DNA from: a virus
Taxonomy: Duplodnaviria; Caudoviricetes
DNA: 64,000 bases
Direction: 5' to 3' (one strand)
Virus record (IMG/VR): IMGVR_UViG_3300027881_000012
Span: 1,065 to 65,064 of that record
A program made the translations under genes and the position numbers. Positions 16,196-31,100 of the stretch are shown one piece after another. Numbering within the stretch: position 1 is the first letter of the stretch; each line of letters begins with the position of its first letter. Under the pieces are notes generated by a model, which saw only the letters and a list, made by a program, of their open reading frames with translations, was not told the origin of the DNA and did not search any database.

Positions 16196-19100
16196 CGGGC
16201 CCTTTCCGCCGCCTTTTTCTTTAAGAATTTCCGCCTGGTTTCATAGCGCAGTTTGCGGGGTTCTTCCTTCCGATAAGTTAAATCATACCATTTGATCGCT
16301 CTTTCCAGCGTTTTGAGTTGGGCCGGATTTAAGTCTTTTTTAAACTTGAACCGGTCCATTTTTTTGACGCCGGCCAGCGGGTGAGATTGTTTGATCGCCT
16401 GTTTTAAGCTCGAGGGCTTTCCGCCGAGGTCGTAATATTTCATTAGATACCGCTCGGCCGCTTTGAAATCACCGAATTTTAACGCCTGCTTGTAATAGTA
16501 AAGCGCATTTCCTCTATTGGTGGGCTTGCCATACGATACCTCGATACCTTTATCCTTTTTCCAATCAAAGATCATATTGCGCGTATCATAATAGGCCTGC
16601 TCGCCTGGATCCGAATTATAAACCACCAGCCTTTCCAGGTCTGAAAGGAAATGAGTCGCCATGCTTTTGCCTCGCCCAGGCCTGCCCCTGGCCCGCCGGT
16701 AAATGGCATCCAGGCTAAAGGTTCTTAAAATATGCTCTTTTGTATCGCGGATCGGTCGCGGGCTAAAGGGATCCGGATAAGTGGCGTATCCGGTGGCGGC
16801 CTCCATGAGCATTTTAGGCTCTGGCCGGATGGCATGAAACAACCTGGTTACTAATGCCTTTGGCACTTCGATCAATTTCTGTTGGATCGTTTTTTCGCCC
16901 TTCCATAGCTCCTTAACATCTTCCGGAAAATCCTCTAAACCGAAAAAGCTCAGTGTATCTGATAAGGCGCCCTGGAAACGGATTGACATAATAGATCCAT
17001 CCTCGCGCCGGCCTAAGATTAAATGCAGCTGCCGGCGTCCGGATTTTCCAAATTCTTCTTCTTCCTCTGGCCACAATAAATGATTGTAAATATTGATTAA
17101 GGTGTAAAGCATGGCCGCCTTTGCGCCGTATGCGAGCCCTTTTGTAAGTGCTTTTTTGGATGCAATCGCCAGCGGGCGGGCGCCTGGCTCTCTGCCCTCA
17201 TAGCGCACATTTCGCAGCATATAGACATATCTTGGTGAATTGATCTCCATCCATGAATAAAAAGGCATCAACCGTTTGCGGATCCACTGGCCCGAGCTGC
17301 TTATATTTCCATAATCACCGACCAGCTCGCGGGATAGTTTGGCCGCTCGCTCTGTATCGTTCTGAATCGCGTCTATTTCGTCCGGCTTGGATGCACCATA
17401 CACCCGCTTGCCTTTGGCTATTTCTTGCTTAAAATGCCTAAATGCGGCCAGCCTAAGTATGTTTTCCCTGGTGGTGGTGGCGCCTTTGGCCAGCTGCCAA
17501 TAGCGCATAGCAATATTGGGCTTTTCACCCATGATGATTTGACGCACAAATTTATCAGTGCCCATCTTTTTGGTTATTTCTTCAACCTCTTGAACGGCCC
17601 AACCGGATCCGGTCACTCCTAATTTGCGGGCTAATTGTAGCTCGGCTTTAACGGCCGCGCCGGCCTTGCCCTTATTAAAGGCCCTCAGATCTCGCAGTGA
17701 TTTAAAAAATCCTTTTAAGATTTTCGGATTATAGGCCAGGGTAATGTCAAGATCGCCGCTCATGTTGTTGATATTGTATTTCATAACGCGCATCGGATTA
17801 ATGAGGATATACTGTTTCCACATTCTAAGGGATGCCTCGGAGATCCGGCCGACCATGCGCTGCTCGATCTGCGCTTTGAAATTATCTAAGGTTTCGGTCA
17901 GGCCTGTGGGCATCACCCATATAATATCGCGGCCTTTAGCGAGGATCTGTTTTACATCATTGTCTTGCAGATCGCGCTCGCCGGCAATCACCTGTTGCAA
18001 TACATTATCGGCCAGCGTATTGGCCCAAAACCAGCCTTTACCAGGCTCCGGTTTCCATTCCTCGTATCCTTCCGGTATGAGCTGGCGGAAAGTCAAAAAG
18101 TTTTTGCCCAGGGCAGTTTGAACGTGCTTATTTCGGGCATGAATATTTTTAAATATGGTGGCCGCCCAGGATGCCCCAGGTTGACCGGTCCGGACCAGGT
18201 AGGCCAAAAAGTCAAAATACCTGGCGTCGGAGATCCCCGCCGGCGCTCCCTCTAAATCTTCTTTTTTGGCCCGCTTGATCTCTGCGAGCTGGTCGATTAT
18301 ATCGGCAAATTCTGAATCGCCGCCGAGCTTGTCGTTAAATGCCATATTTTCAAGCTGGCTCGAGGCCATAGCGATCTTTTGACGATATGGAAAAAGCGGA
18401 TCCAGTTTGCTATCGGCCATCACTTCGCCCACTGTTATCTCGGTTTTAAATTGAATTGATAGCTGCCTGGCCGCTTGTTTGTAAAAATTAGTTAAATTCT
18501 CGCGCTTGGCCTGGTCTTTAAGCTGGCCGTAAATATCCGCCTGGCGTTTGATCCGCTCTAAGGTTTTAGCGGTTTCCAGCTGGCCGAGCTGCTGTGATAA
18601 TGCGGTAAATTCGGCCTCGATATACTCGGTGTTATAATCAAGTAGGGATCCCTTTCTGGCTGCCATCCAGGGCCGCCAGTGCTGCCTTACATCGGCGGAT
18701 CCGGTCGACACACCCTTATTAGTGTCTTTCAATCCCCAATATTGCAAAACCTGATGGTGAAAATAATCCTCATGTTGCAGTACTTCTTTTTTGAGGATCT
18801 TAAATTTAACCAGCTGGCCGACCATGTTATCAATATAGGCCTTTCGATCGCTCAAAGCGGTGGCAATTTCCGGATGAATTTCAGCCAGGCGCTTAAATTG
18901 GGCATCGGCTGTCTGAACGTCTTGGATTGTTTTAAAGCCAAAAGGCAGGGTTTCGCCCTCGCGCAACATTTGATCGTTTAAAAGGCCGGTTTTAATATCG
19001 CGCATCATATCGGCCAAGATGATATTCATTGTGTAAATATCATAGGCATCGGTGCTCAGATCCTTGATAAAGTCTTTCATCTTTTCGGCTGTTATCGATC

Positions 19101-22100
19101 TTGCGTTTTCGGGGATCTCCTGGTGGATCCGGAGTATATCGGCCAGCTGCGCCCGCTGTTTTTTATTCTCGATCTTTTCTAAGCCTGGGAAGTGGGCCCG
19201 CTCCATTTTGAGCTCGGCCAGCTTTTCTTTTGTCGTTGCCATAAAAGAGCCCTTGCCCACACCTTTGGCCGCCGCCATGCGCCTTGCAACATCTTCGGGT
19301 AGGATCCCGCCGTAATCAATCGCTTTGCCGTATTTCTTCTTTTTAAATGCGGGGGTCTGGCCAGGAAAGGCGCTCACCCTTTGGCCGGTCAAAGTGAATT
19401 GCCGCGCTGCTGCAATAAGGGCTCTTATCTCCGGATTAGATAGTTTAATATCAAGATCTAATTTCCGGAGCCAGTTTCTAATCGCCGCCACAAGGCGATC
19501 ATACCATTTTGATTTAATGCCGAGCTGCGCCTGGTTAGCAAACCATTCCTCGGCTGCCTGCATCTGACCATCCATAGTGGTTAGATCAAAGCCCAATTCC
19601 CTGCCGATCTTATCGACTTCATTCTTTTTGGCGATATAAAGATCTCGCAATACCTTAAAAACATCTTTCCCCTCTTTCCCCAGGGTGCCGCGTAATCCAT
19701 GATGGCCGAATCCTTCATGCAAAATAGTGGTTACGATTTCCTCATTGGATCCAATATTATCAGCTACCAGGTAAATGGTGTTTTTATAATAGGCGCCGGT
19801 AATTATTGAATTCTCGCGGCCGTCTTCTTTGATAAAGTCCATGACTTCTGGCGGTAAGCCCTGTTGCTCTTTATATACTCTGATTTTCGGCCCAGGCGCC
19901 GCCCATTGAGCTGTGACGGTTTCGACCGTCGTATTAACATCTTCGACGGTTACAGGATCCGCCGGCGCTATTAGTTTCCTGGCAAAAACCGGACTATCAC
20001 CTAAGATATAGTCAAAGGTTATCGGCGCCACTTTTTGATCTAAAATATCCTGGGTTTTCTTTGGGCTTGGCACTTTGCCCTGGTCCGCGAACGAAACGCC
20101 GTTGTGCCTAAACTCAAAGAGCTGCATCATATTGCCGCCGACGTTTTCATTCCACTCGGTTAAAAATTTCATCCGGCTATTTAATTCTGCATCGGTGCCT
20201 TTGGAATTGAATATAAAAACAGAGGCATTAAGGCGCTCGCCCTCGGCTATGATCTCCTTTAAATTTTCGCTTGCCGTTTGCCCTGGCGTAAACTCCACAA
20301 AGCCGAGATCGTTCAGCTTGTTATCTAAAAATAAATAGCCCTGGCGGTCATTGTAATATTTTTCTAAATGCGCTGTTAATTCCCCTGAATTACTAATCGG
20401 GCCGCCGCGCCTTTTGCCGCGCTCAATAAATCTTTCAACAATCGGTATTGTTGTCTTGCGGGTTGTTTTTCTAATTTTACCTTTTCTTTTAACGCTTGGC
20501 GCTGCTGAAATGGGGCTGTAAAGTGCCCACACATCGCCGCCCACAATGATATTTTCGATCTCCACTCCGCCGGCTGCCGCCATTTCAATCAGCGTGTAGG
20601 CCATAGCGCGATCCTCCGGCGAGGGGTCCGCCTCTGCCGAGGGGTGATTGTGGATAAAATAGGCCTTTGTCACACCTGGGGTATTGAATAGCCGGCCGAC
20701 CGTTTCAACAATGGGTATGCCGACCGCTCCCCTGGCACCTTTGGCGATAAAATGCACTTCTTTAATATTGCCCTGGGCATCGACCGAAATCATATAGCCC
20801 TTTTCCTGGGCCTGCTCTGTGATCGGCTGTATAAAGGCCGCTGCATCTTCCGCGTTTGCAATAACATGGCTTTCAAAGCCCATTTCTCCGGTCGATCTAA
20901 TTTCTACTTTCTGTGTCGGCTCCGGAAGTGCCTCGACGGCCTTTTCGGTTTTGGCACTTTGAGCATATTCAAGCAGATCCATTTGAATGGCTTTTTTGCC
21001 GGCCTGGATCTTTTTAGCAACCTTGCCGGCAAATTCGGCGCTGGCCTCGCTTAATGTTGTATCTGCTATCCTGGGGCCCTGGTATCCGCCGGCTATGTTT
21101 GTAACCGGCCGGTTTAACAGGATCCGGTCAAAAATCTTTTTATTGTTTTTTGTGGGTATAAAGACGCGGGTTTTAAAATTTATTTCCTCGATGATCGCGC
21201 CTTGCTTTTCTAACAAATCAATATCTCGATGGCCAAAATCTAAAAGCTCGATCCGCTCGTCACCGGATACCATTGATTTTTTAAATGCCCATCCGTTTGC
21301 CAGGGTTACGCGAGCGCCGCCCAGGATCTTAGCGCCCAAAACGCCTGACTTTACCTGGGGTGCATCGGCGCTCGCTCCCAAATTGGTAAGCACTTGATCT
21401 AAAACATTGGGGTGAATTACGCGGCCCAGGAGCCTTTCACCGGCGTCTGTTTCCATCCGGTAAACGGTTGCAAAGCCTACCAGGCGATCCCAAACGCTTA
21501 AAAGATCTCCGGTTATTAAATGAATATCTCGGTCGGTGGTTTCTGGAATGTTGGCGTATTCTGCCGCCCATATCCGCGCCGGTGAAAGATCGGGCTTATC
21601 GGCTAATTTAATCCATTTATCCTCATCGGTTAAAATACTTTCATCCTGGCGCTGGATCGTATCGTTTGGAGATTGCATTTTCCGATAAGCAATAATGGAT
21701 CCGGTTGTAGTGGTTCTATCCCTGGTTTCGCCGGCCGCCCATACCCTACCGGATTTTATATTTTGATAAAAATTAAGGTGTGAAACGTCCTCAAAGGCAA
21801 CTCGCCTGGATGGCTCGGTCACGCTAACACGCACATATTTTGTTTCCGCTCCGCTTTCCGGATCTGTATGCACAACTCTTTCAGACTCCTTTTCAACTGC
21901 CAGGCCGTCGATCGTTTCAATTCCCACATCGAGGGTGCCGGCCTCCGCGTGTGCCTGGATGATCCTATCGAGCCGATCGGAAATATCACCAAAAAATGTA
22001 TTTTGAGAATTGATGGTCATTGAAAGCATCCGGTTTAAAACCTTTGTCATTTCCGGAAGTTCGCCCGTAAGTCTGCCGGTCCGCTCATCGACAATCTGCA

Positions 22101-25100
22101 ATCCGGTCTGGTGTTGAAAATCCTCGGCGCTCATTTCCAGGGTGCCGGCAACCATATCCTCAAAGGTCTGTACCAGGGCCTCGCGGGCATAATCAGACTC
22201 TAAATTATCTCTGGCTTGAAAGATGCCCTGGGATCCGGCTTGCCGCTGGCCTTTGGTTAATGCGCCGAGCTGGTCAAGGCGCCGAGCGATCGAGGTCACA
22301 AAACGCTTTTGTGCTTTTAGATTGGTAGTAATAAGCGTGTATTTCGGCGCCTGCCTTTGGTTGGATCTGTGAGAGCGGCCCAGGCCTTGCACTGCTGTCG
22401 AGGCTTTCCAGCCTGGCTGCAATAAATAATGTTGTCGCAGCCTTTGATTTTTATATCGTTTATCGGCGTGATAGCTGACTCCGGTACCGCCGGCCTCAGA
22501 AAAAATCAAGATCTGTTTTTCATCATTTTTAAAGGCCTCAACATCTGCTTTAGCTTTTGCGAGGCTCCATTTTTGATTGATATACTCGCCGGTTTCCAGA
22601 TCTTTAACCACTCTTGATTTTCTGCCCGTTACCTCGGCAATCTTATCAGTTCCAAAAACATTAAATAATTGATCCAGGGGAGAATCGGGGATCCGGAGTG
22701 CTCCGATCTCGCGTAGCATGGCATCGCGCATGGCTACTGCCTGCCTATTTTCAACCGGATCGCCGGCCTCGTCGCGGACTAAAACAGCATATTCATTTCC
22801 ATCCTTATCGGTCCGTATCTCGTATTGTTCAATCGGAAAGGCCCTTTGTAGATATTCTGAAATTGCAATACGGGGGGTAAAGTCAAGGTCTTCCAGATCT
22901 TCGCCCTCTTGCCGGCGTTCAAGAGCTCGCTGGACCGCAGCATCATTAGTTTGTGTAAGCTGGATAATAACCGACTCACCATCTGCAATATTCTTTTCCA
23001 TCTTCCTGATTAATGACGGCATCTGCATGGCGGTCATTATCGAGTCAAACACTCTTATCTGTGTGCCAAATAGCCGGCCTCTGGCCGCCATCTTTGCCCT
23101 GCCGGACTTATTGCCGTTGGTCAGTTCAAGGGCGGCCTCAGTGTTGCGCATGATGACTTGCCAGGCCTCCGCTAATTTGTCGTAAATATCGGTTTGTTCC
23201 TCGGTTAATTCATGCACTAAGCGATCATAGATGACACCATCATAAGAAAGCGACGGCGCCATATAAAGGCCCCTGGCTTTCATGCCCCTGGCGATCATTT
23301 CCATAGCGGCCAGGCCGGATTTATTAATCTCCGCGATAAAGGCCCGCTTGTCTGCAAAGGAAGTGCCCTCACCCCACAATCCCAGGCGCTCGGCATAGGC
23401 AAAATTACTCACTTTGGTGGCGCCGGTGGCCGATACATATATCACCCTGGCTTTAGGCAACATCGTTTGCAGCAAGACGCCGGCCAGGGCTTTGTCGGCC
23501 GTCGGCTTTCTGCCCCTGGCGCCCTGTTCTTGCATCGAGTTTGCCATATTGTGTGATTCATCAAAGGCGATCACTCCATCATAATCGGCGCCGGCCCATT
23601 CCACTATTTGATTAATCCTGGCCCGCATATCGTCAAAAGACTCCGGCTTATTCAGATTGATCTTTTTAAAGCCCTGGCCCAATGTCGAATAGGTTGAAAA
23701 TAATATCGTGTTATCTCTATGTTTAGCTTTTACTTTTCCGCCGGCTGCTGCCGCTTTATTCAAATTGACCAGGGCCTTTGCTCCCTCGCTCCATCCCATT
23801 TCAATTATATCGCGGCTGGCGTCATTCAATAAGCTCTGCTTTTCAGTTAGCCAGATAGCCTTTTTGCGGCCCTTGTTCCAGTTATCCATCATAATAGAGG
23901 CGATAATCCGGCCCTTGCCAACTCCGGTGCCATGACCGGCAAAGGCGCCCATGCGGGTGCCATCCGGCAAAAATCGTTCGTGCGCCTGGCCGGCGTAAAT
24001 ACTAAATTCTAATTGCACATTGGAAATGCCGGCGCTCTTTTTCGTCGGCTTCAATATGTGTTTTGGTAGATCTGGCTTGTAGGTGGCCTTTGGTAAATCG
24101 GTATCGGACAGGGCGGCCGTTTCAACTAATGGCGTCGGGTGCGGCCTGGCGCCTTTGACTTCAACATTCGGCTGGTATTCCTCATATAATGAGGCCTTAA
24201 TTTTTTCGCGCTTTTTCTTCCTGGCCTGGATAAGATCTTTTCTCACTGGCGCTGGTGCTCGCGCCAGATCCGGCCGGTCGGTTGTATAATAGTATTTAAT
24301 CCAGTTTCGGCCGACTTCCGGATCAATATTATATTTAGCCAGGTTCACCAAAACATAGCGGATCCACTCTTTTCTTTCGCCTTTAAATTCAGTGTAATTT
24401 GCATCAAGTATTGGTTTGGCCTGCTCATAAGCCTGGGGATGCAATAAGGCCTCAAATGCAGCGGCCGGCTCTCTGACTTCGGCCGCTGCCTCTAATTGCG
24501 TTTTAGGAAAGATCTTGGTGGTAATGTTGTCAAGCGTCTGAATTGATCGCGGAGCTGCGCCGGCCTGGTTAATTAAACCGCCATAGGCCAAATAATCATC
24601 GAGCACAGCATCATAGGCCTCTAAAAAATCCCTGGCGTCTTTTTGATTGGCAAAGAAAATATCTTGTTCCAGGCCTGGCACATTCATTTCAATCGGGTCC
24701 GAATCTGCGATATTTGATAGGGGCTCGATTAATTGCTTTAATATGCCTCTCGTATCTTGGGCCTTTTCGGTGCCGTATTTGCCTATTTCCTCGGCCCAGG
24801 TCTGCGTCATTAAATCAAGTTCTTTGGCTTTGACAGTGGGTTTATATTCTGCGGTGGGTTCTTTGATATTGCCTATAATATTGGCAATAGCAGCGAATTG
24901 GCCTTGATCGGTTTTAGGTATCTTGCCCTTTACAGGCGGTTTTTTAGGTGCGGCCTTTTTGCCGCCGGCCGGTTTCGCGGTTAGATCTTCTTCCTCGATA
25001 ACCTCATTAATAAGAGCGTCTAAATCATCTAAGCTAAGGTCGGGGGCTTCGGGTATCCCCTCACGCTCTCGCTCATCGCCTGGTCTAATTCGTTCACCAG

Positions 25101-28100
25101 GTCGCTCGCCAGGTCTTGCGGGTTCTCCTGGTTCGATTCCAGCTCCCTCAATCTCAGGTAGCCGGCCACCTGGTTCGGTTGGTGGTTCAATAGCTCCGCT
25201 AATTTCGATTCCAGGGGTTGCACCAGGTTCACCAGGCCGGACTCCTGGGCCCACACCAGGAATTGCAGCGGGTGGAGCTCCTGGGGGTTCGGCACCTGGC
25301 CGCTCTGTTTCAGGAATTTGCTCGACAGGCGCGACACCGGCAACCGGTTCAAGTTCTTCGCCTGGTTTATATATTGTTTGTCGGTCATTTCTAACGCCCT
25401 CCAATAATGGGATTAAGTCTTCGATTTTATCGACTTTTCCACTTACTAAATTATACGCCTGTGGGCCTGTTTTGTCAATGATTATCAAGCGATTATCAAA
25501 CGTGGTGCCATACTTCTTATACTCCTGGCCAGATATGCCCACATTGGCCGAAACGGTGTAATCTTTTTTGATGCCTTTCCACCATTTTGTGAACGCCGGC
25601 GCGTTGTCTGCCATGCCCTTGCCGACGATCGCCACCAGGCGCCCGCCATCTTCTAACCTGGCCAGGGCTTGCTCTATTTGATCGGCGCCAAACTTGGTTG
25701 CTCGCTTGCCCAGGACTCGGCCGGCGGTCGCGGAAAAGGGCGGATTCATTACAATTACGGTGGGCTTAACAGTTTCGGGCAGTATATTATCAAGCTGGCT
25801 GGCATCCTCAGTGAAAACCGTTTTAAATCCCATCTCGCCCAATAGGGCCGCCCGCCGTTTGTCCAGCTCATTGACAACAATATTATCACCGACAATTTGC
25901 CGGCCAAAAATAGCAAGCCCGCCCACACCGGCCGAGGGTTCAAGGTATGCGTCATTTTCTTTAATGTTCGCTACCCAATTCGCCACATAGGCCAGTGGTG
26001 GCGGGGTGCTAAACTGTTGAAACTCTCCTTGTTCCCTGGTTCTTTTGGTCTGCGTCGGTAGTTTTGCGATCGTATCTTTTAACCATGCGATATTTTCGAC
26101 CGCGTTTTCCGGATCCCGCATTGTGAGCTGGTCGTGAACATAGATATTAACGCCTTGCTCCATAGCATCATAGGCGTCTTTAGGCGTATATTTACCCTGG
26201 GCCTGGGTGCCGGCAAAATCTATATCGGCCTGCTTAAATAGATCTCGCCAGGTTATCGATTCATCTTTGACTAATTTTGTATTTATCCAATTAGCCAGCT
26301 TTGTGGATCCGGCCGCCTTTTCGTGCTCCGGAGCTGCCTTTTCAGCTGGCGCCGGCGCCTCGGCCGGTCGATATTTTTCAATTTCTTGCGTTGTGGCCAG
26401 GGCCAAGTCATAATCATTTTGGGTAAAATCCTTTTCGCCAGCTTGAAAACGCTGCATGGTTTCAACGGCTGTGTCAAAAACGTCTTGGATTTTTTCGGCC
26501 GTTTGGCTCTCGATAGGCTCGCCATAAAATACCTCAAAGGCGGTTTTCTTTTCTGCCGGTGCCTCGGCCTCTACTCTCCATCGGCCAGGCATCAAGGGCA
26601 CAACATCTTTTTCAAGCACTAAACGCTCGGCATATCCGCCAGATACCGCGCCGACCAGCTCCATAAAATCATCCTCGGTCATAGCTCGCGGTGCATCTTC
26701 CGGAAAATAAAACTTGATCCCTTTATCCTCGGCCTGCTTAATCTTGCCGGCTAAAATGCCGGTGGCCTCGGTCCTGGCATCGTCGGTGCGTTTCGGCGGT
26801 TTTGCGATTACATCGGCATTTCGGGCCTGGATAAATCCGAGCCTGGCTGCCGCATAGTTAGGATATTGAGTAATGGCTACAACCTCGCCGGCGTCTTTGT
26901 CGACCACTCTAACCGTTGATTGTGCGCCTGGGGCTGCATCGGCGGTCGGTCGCCATAGCTGCGTTAATACGCCGATATTCTCGCCTTTGGCAATCAGCTT
27001 GCTTTCTGTTTCTCTGATACTGCGCACTGTGCCGATTTCATCATCTAAAAACGGTAACTCAGCCAGGGGCTTTTCTTCCGGCGCTGCCTCTGCCGGCGGT
27101 GCCTCAACTTTGGGCGCCTCGTCTACGATCCGCCGGATTAATACGCCTTTGGTGCCAGTGGCTTTAATCCCTAATATTTGCGCTGCCTCTACCAGGTCCG
27201 GCTTTGAAAATGCGGTTAGCTGCCGGTGCGATAAATCGATCTCGCCGCGCTGGATCCGGCCGGCCAAGATTTCGCCATCGGTCTTAGTGGTGATAGTGGG
27301 CGGGGGAGCCTCGACCGGCGCCGCCACTTCTGGCGGAGCTGCCAGGTCAATTTCAAAATGTTCTTGTAAAGATTCTTCCTGGGTTTTCGGCTTAAACATC
27401 TGTACTTGCTTTTTAGTATCTGCCGCCGCGTCGGTCGCGTATGCTTTCCAGCGTTCTTTGTGCCTGGTGGGCTTGTCTTTGATAAGCAGATCCGCCAGCT
27501 TTTCGGTAACAACCGTATATTCGGGCTTGGCTTCAAATAAAGGTTGCTGTGCTAAAAGATCTCTGACGCTTAGATCCTGGGCCTGGGCTGCGGTCGCCAG
27601 ACGTAAACCCTCTTTAAGATCCGACGTTATATCCCATTTGCCGCCTCGAGCCTTAACCTTTGCCAGCTCGGCCAGGGATTTTTCAATCTTGTTTAGGTGG
27701 GATTTTTGGGCGCTATTGATAAGATCGAGATCATCCACAATATTACCGAAAATGGCCAATTCGATTACTTCTTTACCCCTTTTGTTCAACAAATCGCCCT
27801 TTTCGTTCAAATATACGTTCTTTTGTGTCGCAGAGATCGCGCCATCATCGATGAGCCAGCCGAGGATTTCAAGGCCGTCTTTCTTGCCCAGGAGCTCACG
27901 CAGTGAAATTTCGCGGTCGGTCAACCGGATCCCTATTTTTTCCATCGTCGCCGGCTTTATCGCTTTGCCCATCGAGGCGGTTTCCGCTGCCTGGCCCATG
28001 CCCTGCGTCATGGTTTCGTTGAATTCTCGCGCCAGGGCCCGCATTACATACTCGCTTTCAATCCGGATCCGGCGGATCAATACCGGCTGTTTCATCGGCT

Positions 28101-31100
28101 TTATATCTTTGGGCGCCAGGCCAAATTTAGAGGCCGCCGCTATCAGCTGGTTTTTATACCTGGCTGCCTTTTTAGGATCCTTAAAGGCCAGCTGGATTGA
28201 CATAGTTCTGGAATTTCCGGATATAACAAAATCGCTTTGATCGACAATCGGCGGGCCGCTGGTAGGCGTCGGATCATCTGAAAGTAAAATCCGAGGATCC
28301 AGCTTGTTTGCATTTGTTATAACTTTTGCTTGCTCGGCGGTATCAGAATGATAGGCGCGTTCCTGTATCCCTTCCGGATAATCGCCGTAAGGCTGGAATG
28401 TTTCGGGGTTGTGGCTTGGAAAGAGTGTGCCGGCCTCAACTACCGTGTAGTGTGCTCGATGGCCCTCTGCATTTTGCGGTGTTATGATCCTGGTTTCGGC
28501 CTTTTTTGATATGGGCTTTGGATAAAACTTTTCCGCGATCGGCCTAAGTTTATCCAGCAAATCATCCATATAGGCCGCTTTGCGTTTGAAATGATCGTAT
28601 TTTAAGACCGGATTCTCAGTGACTCCTTTTTCCTCTAATTCCTTTGTGTAGGCGTTTGCCTCGTCGCGCTTATCAACAATCCACTGCCGCGCTTTGTCAA
28701 TCGTTTCATAGCTGCGGGGATCCAAAACGCCCAGGGCTATCTTGACATAACTTTCCTCGACTCCACCAGGCTTGACAAATTCCTCCCAGGGTTTCGCCGG
28801 CAAAGTGGCCTCTGGCGGGCTGGTGGGCTCCGGAGTGGTTGCTCTCTGTGGCGCCACCCTGGGCCCGCCCTTTAAGTCCGGTTTTTCTTCTGGCACTGCT
28901 GGCATTTCCGGCGGGGCTGCCTCTAATTCTGCCGGTGGCTTTACGGTTTTGCCGGCCTCGACTTCATAGCCCTGGCGCCTTAATAATTCAGCGTAAAATT
29001 CATTTAAAGGATCAAGCGGATCCAGGGCCCGATCGGTGGCATACTCCGCGATCGTATTAATGCCCAGGCGCTCCATATCGGCTGGAATATTGGCCACATC
29101 TCGCTCAACCTGGGCCCTGGCCTCGGCTAATTGTTCCTCGGCGCTCATCTTATCCCAGGCTTTTAATCCGGCCATTTTTCTTAACGCCGGCATAACGCCT
29201 TTAACGGCCGCCTGGTTTTTTGCAAATTCTCTGACAATCCGCTGCGTTGCTGCTGCACCTTTGGGCAGGGCGGGAGCCGGCGGGGGGGGTGCCGCCGGCT
29301 TTGCGGGTGGGGCTGCTGCGGTAGGTTCTTCAAACATATCCTCGGCCGCTGTGGCCGCGCTCGGTCGATCTTTAAACATTCCCAGGCTGGCACCTTCGGG
29401 GCTTACAAGTTCAATTAAGGTGCCCTCCGGTAATTTATGCTCAACAAGGCCCGCGCCTGTATCCAATATAAAAGAGGGCTCGCCGGCTTTGGCTGCCGGT
29501 GCCGCTTTCCATCGAGGCCCTAATTTTTTTACCGGCGGGGGAGCTGCCGGCGGTTTCTCTGGAACAACCTCGACTTTTTTAGGTGGCGCCGGCGGAGCTG
29601 CCTTTTTCATTTCAAAGGCTGCCAGGTCCGCCCGCATGAGCCCTAATTTTTCTTTAAGGGCCATATCTTTGTCTTTAATCAGATCGAGGACCGATTTCTT
29701 TTGCTCCGGCGATAAGCTGGCCACTAAATCATTATATTCTTTTTTCAAGGCCTCCGGCTTTTGTGCCTTTTTAATAATGCCGGCAATCTCTTTAAAGGGC
29801 TCGCCTTTCTTTTTGGCCTCGAGCGCCTGGGCATATCCCTTGATAACAGTATCGACAAAACGCTGTGCCTCGGCCTTAGTTTTATGAGCTCGGCCAGATA
29901 ATGTGAACGTGGCGCCTTTGGCCGCGCCGCTGGTCACTGTCATTTGCAGGCCGACCGGTTTCTCGTTCTGATAGATCACATTGTCAAAGCGGATCTTAGC
30001 GCCGGACTTTTCGCCCATTTCATCGGCCAGGGCTTGAAAGGTTTTGCGCTTAGAGGGCGCTATCCTGGTCGGTGCCTCGCGCTCGGCCTCAACTTGCGCC
30101 ACTCTGATAATACCCTCCGGAGCTTTCGGGGGCGCTTTTGCCGGCGGGGCTTTTTCGGGTACCAGCGCCGTTACTGGCTCTGCGGGCACTTCGACCGCCG
30201 GCGCTACTTCCGGAGCCTCGGCCGCTGCGGCCTCTAATTCTTCCGCCGTAAATTCGGCTGCGACTTCCTCGGCCTCGATGCCCTCGGCTCCGACAAATTC
30301 CCTGGGCGCTGTGGGTGGGATTTCCTCGGCCGGTACTCTTTCGGCTGCGGCCTCTGGCGCCAGGTCTTCATCTAATAAAATATCCTCGGCCGTCTGGCCG
30401 TCATAATCTTTTAAAAGGCGGTCTATTTGATCGCGGGCCTCTTTGCCGGCTGCCTCGACTTTTTTCTTGGCTCTGCGCTCGGCAACCACTCCATAACCGT
30501 ATTGAGTAGATGCGGCCGGTCCGCCTAATACTGGCTCCATTACCGCGCCGATCCGGCCTTGTTCATGCACTCCCTCGAATAAAGACCGCTCGGATCCAAC
30601 AAATTGGGCCGCCGCGTTTGACACCATTTTCTGGCCGCCTTCCTCAACATAACCGGCGCCAGATTGTTTTGCGGTCCATAAAGTCGGCCTGGCCACTGCC
30701 CAAACGCCTTTTTTTGCTAATTGGGCGCCCTTTTTGCTCATGGCTTTTTGTACGAATAGCCTGATGAGCTCGCGCTTCATGGCCTTTTTGCCAACATTCT
30801 TGCCAAAGTGTTTCAGTAAAGCAGGGCCAAAACCTAACCGCTCACCCAGGCCCTCAATAAATGCTGATGGTATAGCGCCAATCAATGTGAGATCCGACTT
30901 AACCTCATCGGGCACCTTGATGCCCTCTCTCCTTTCCAGCTCCGTTAATTCGGCGTCGATTTCTTTAACAAATTGCGGAAATAAAACCGCGCCGGCCATT
31001 AAGGTGGCCAGGCCAGGGCTTTTGGTGGCGGTCTGCACTCCCATGTAAGTGCCGATTGATAAAAATGAATTGACAATATTAGTTGAAATAGTTTCACCCC

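Noticed and set aside
26873-28240. Long + strand ORFs antisense to late genes (for example 455 aa here, also 29036..29887 and 32601..33416)
   Set aside because: Codon-mirror shadows of the - strand genes: S/A/F-rich, with no convincing SD or motifs
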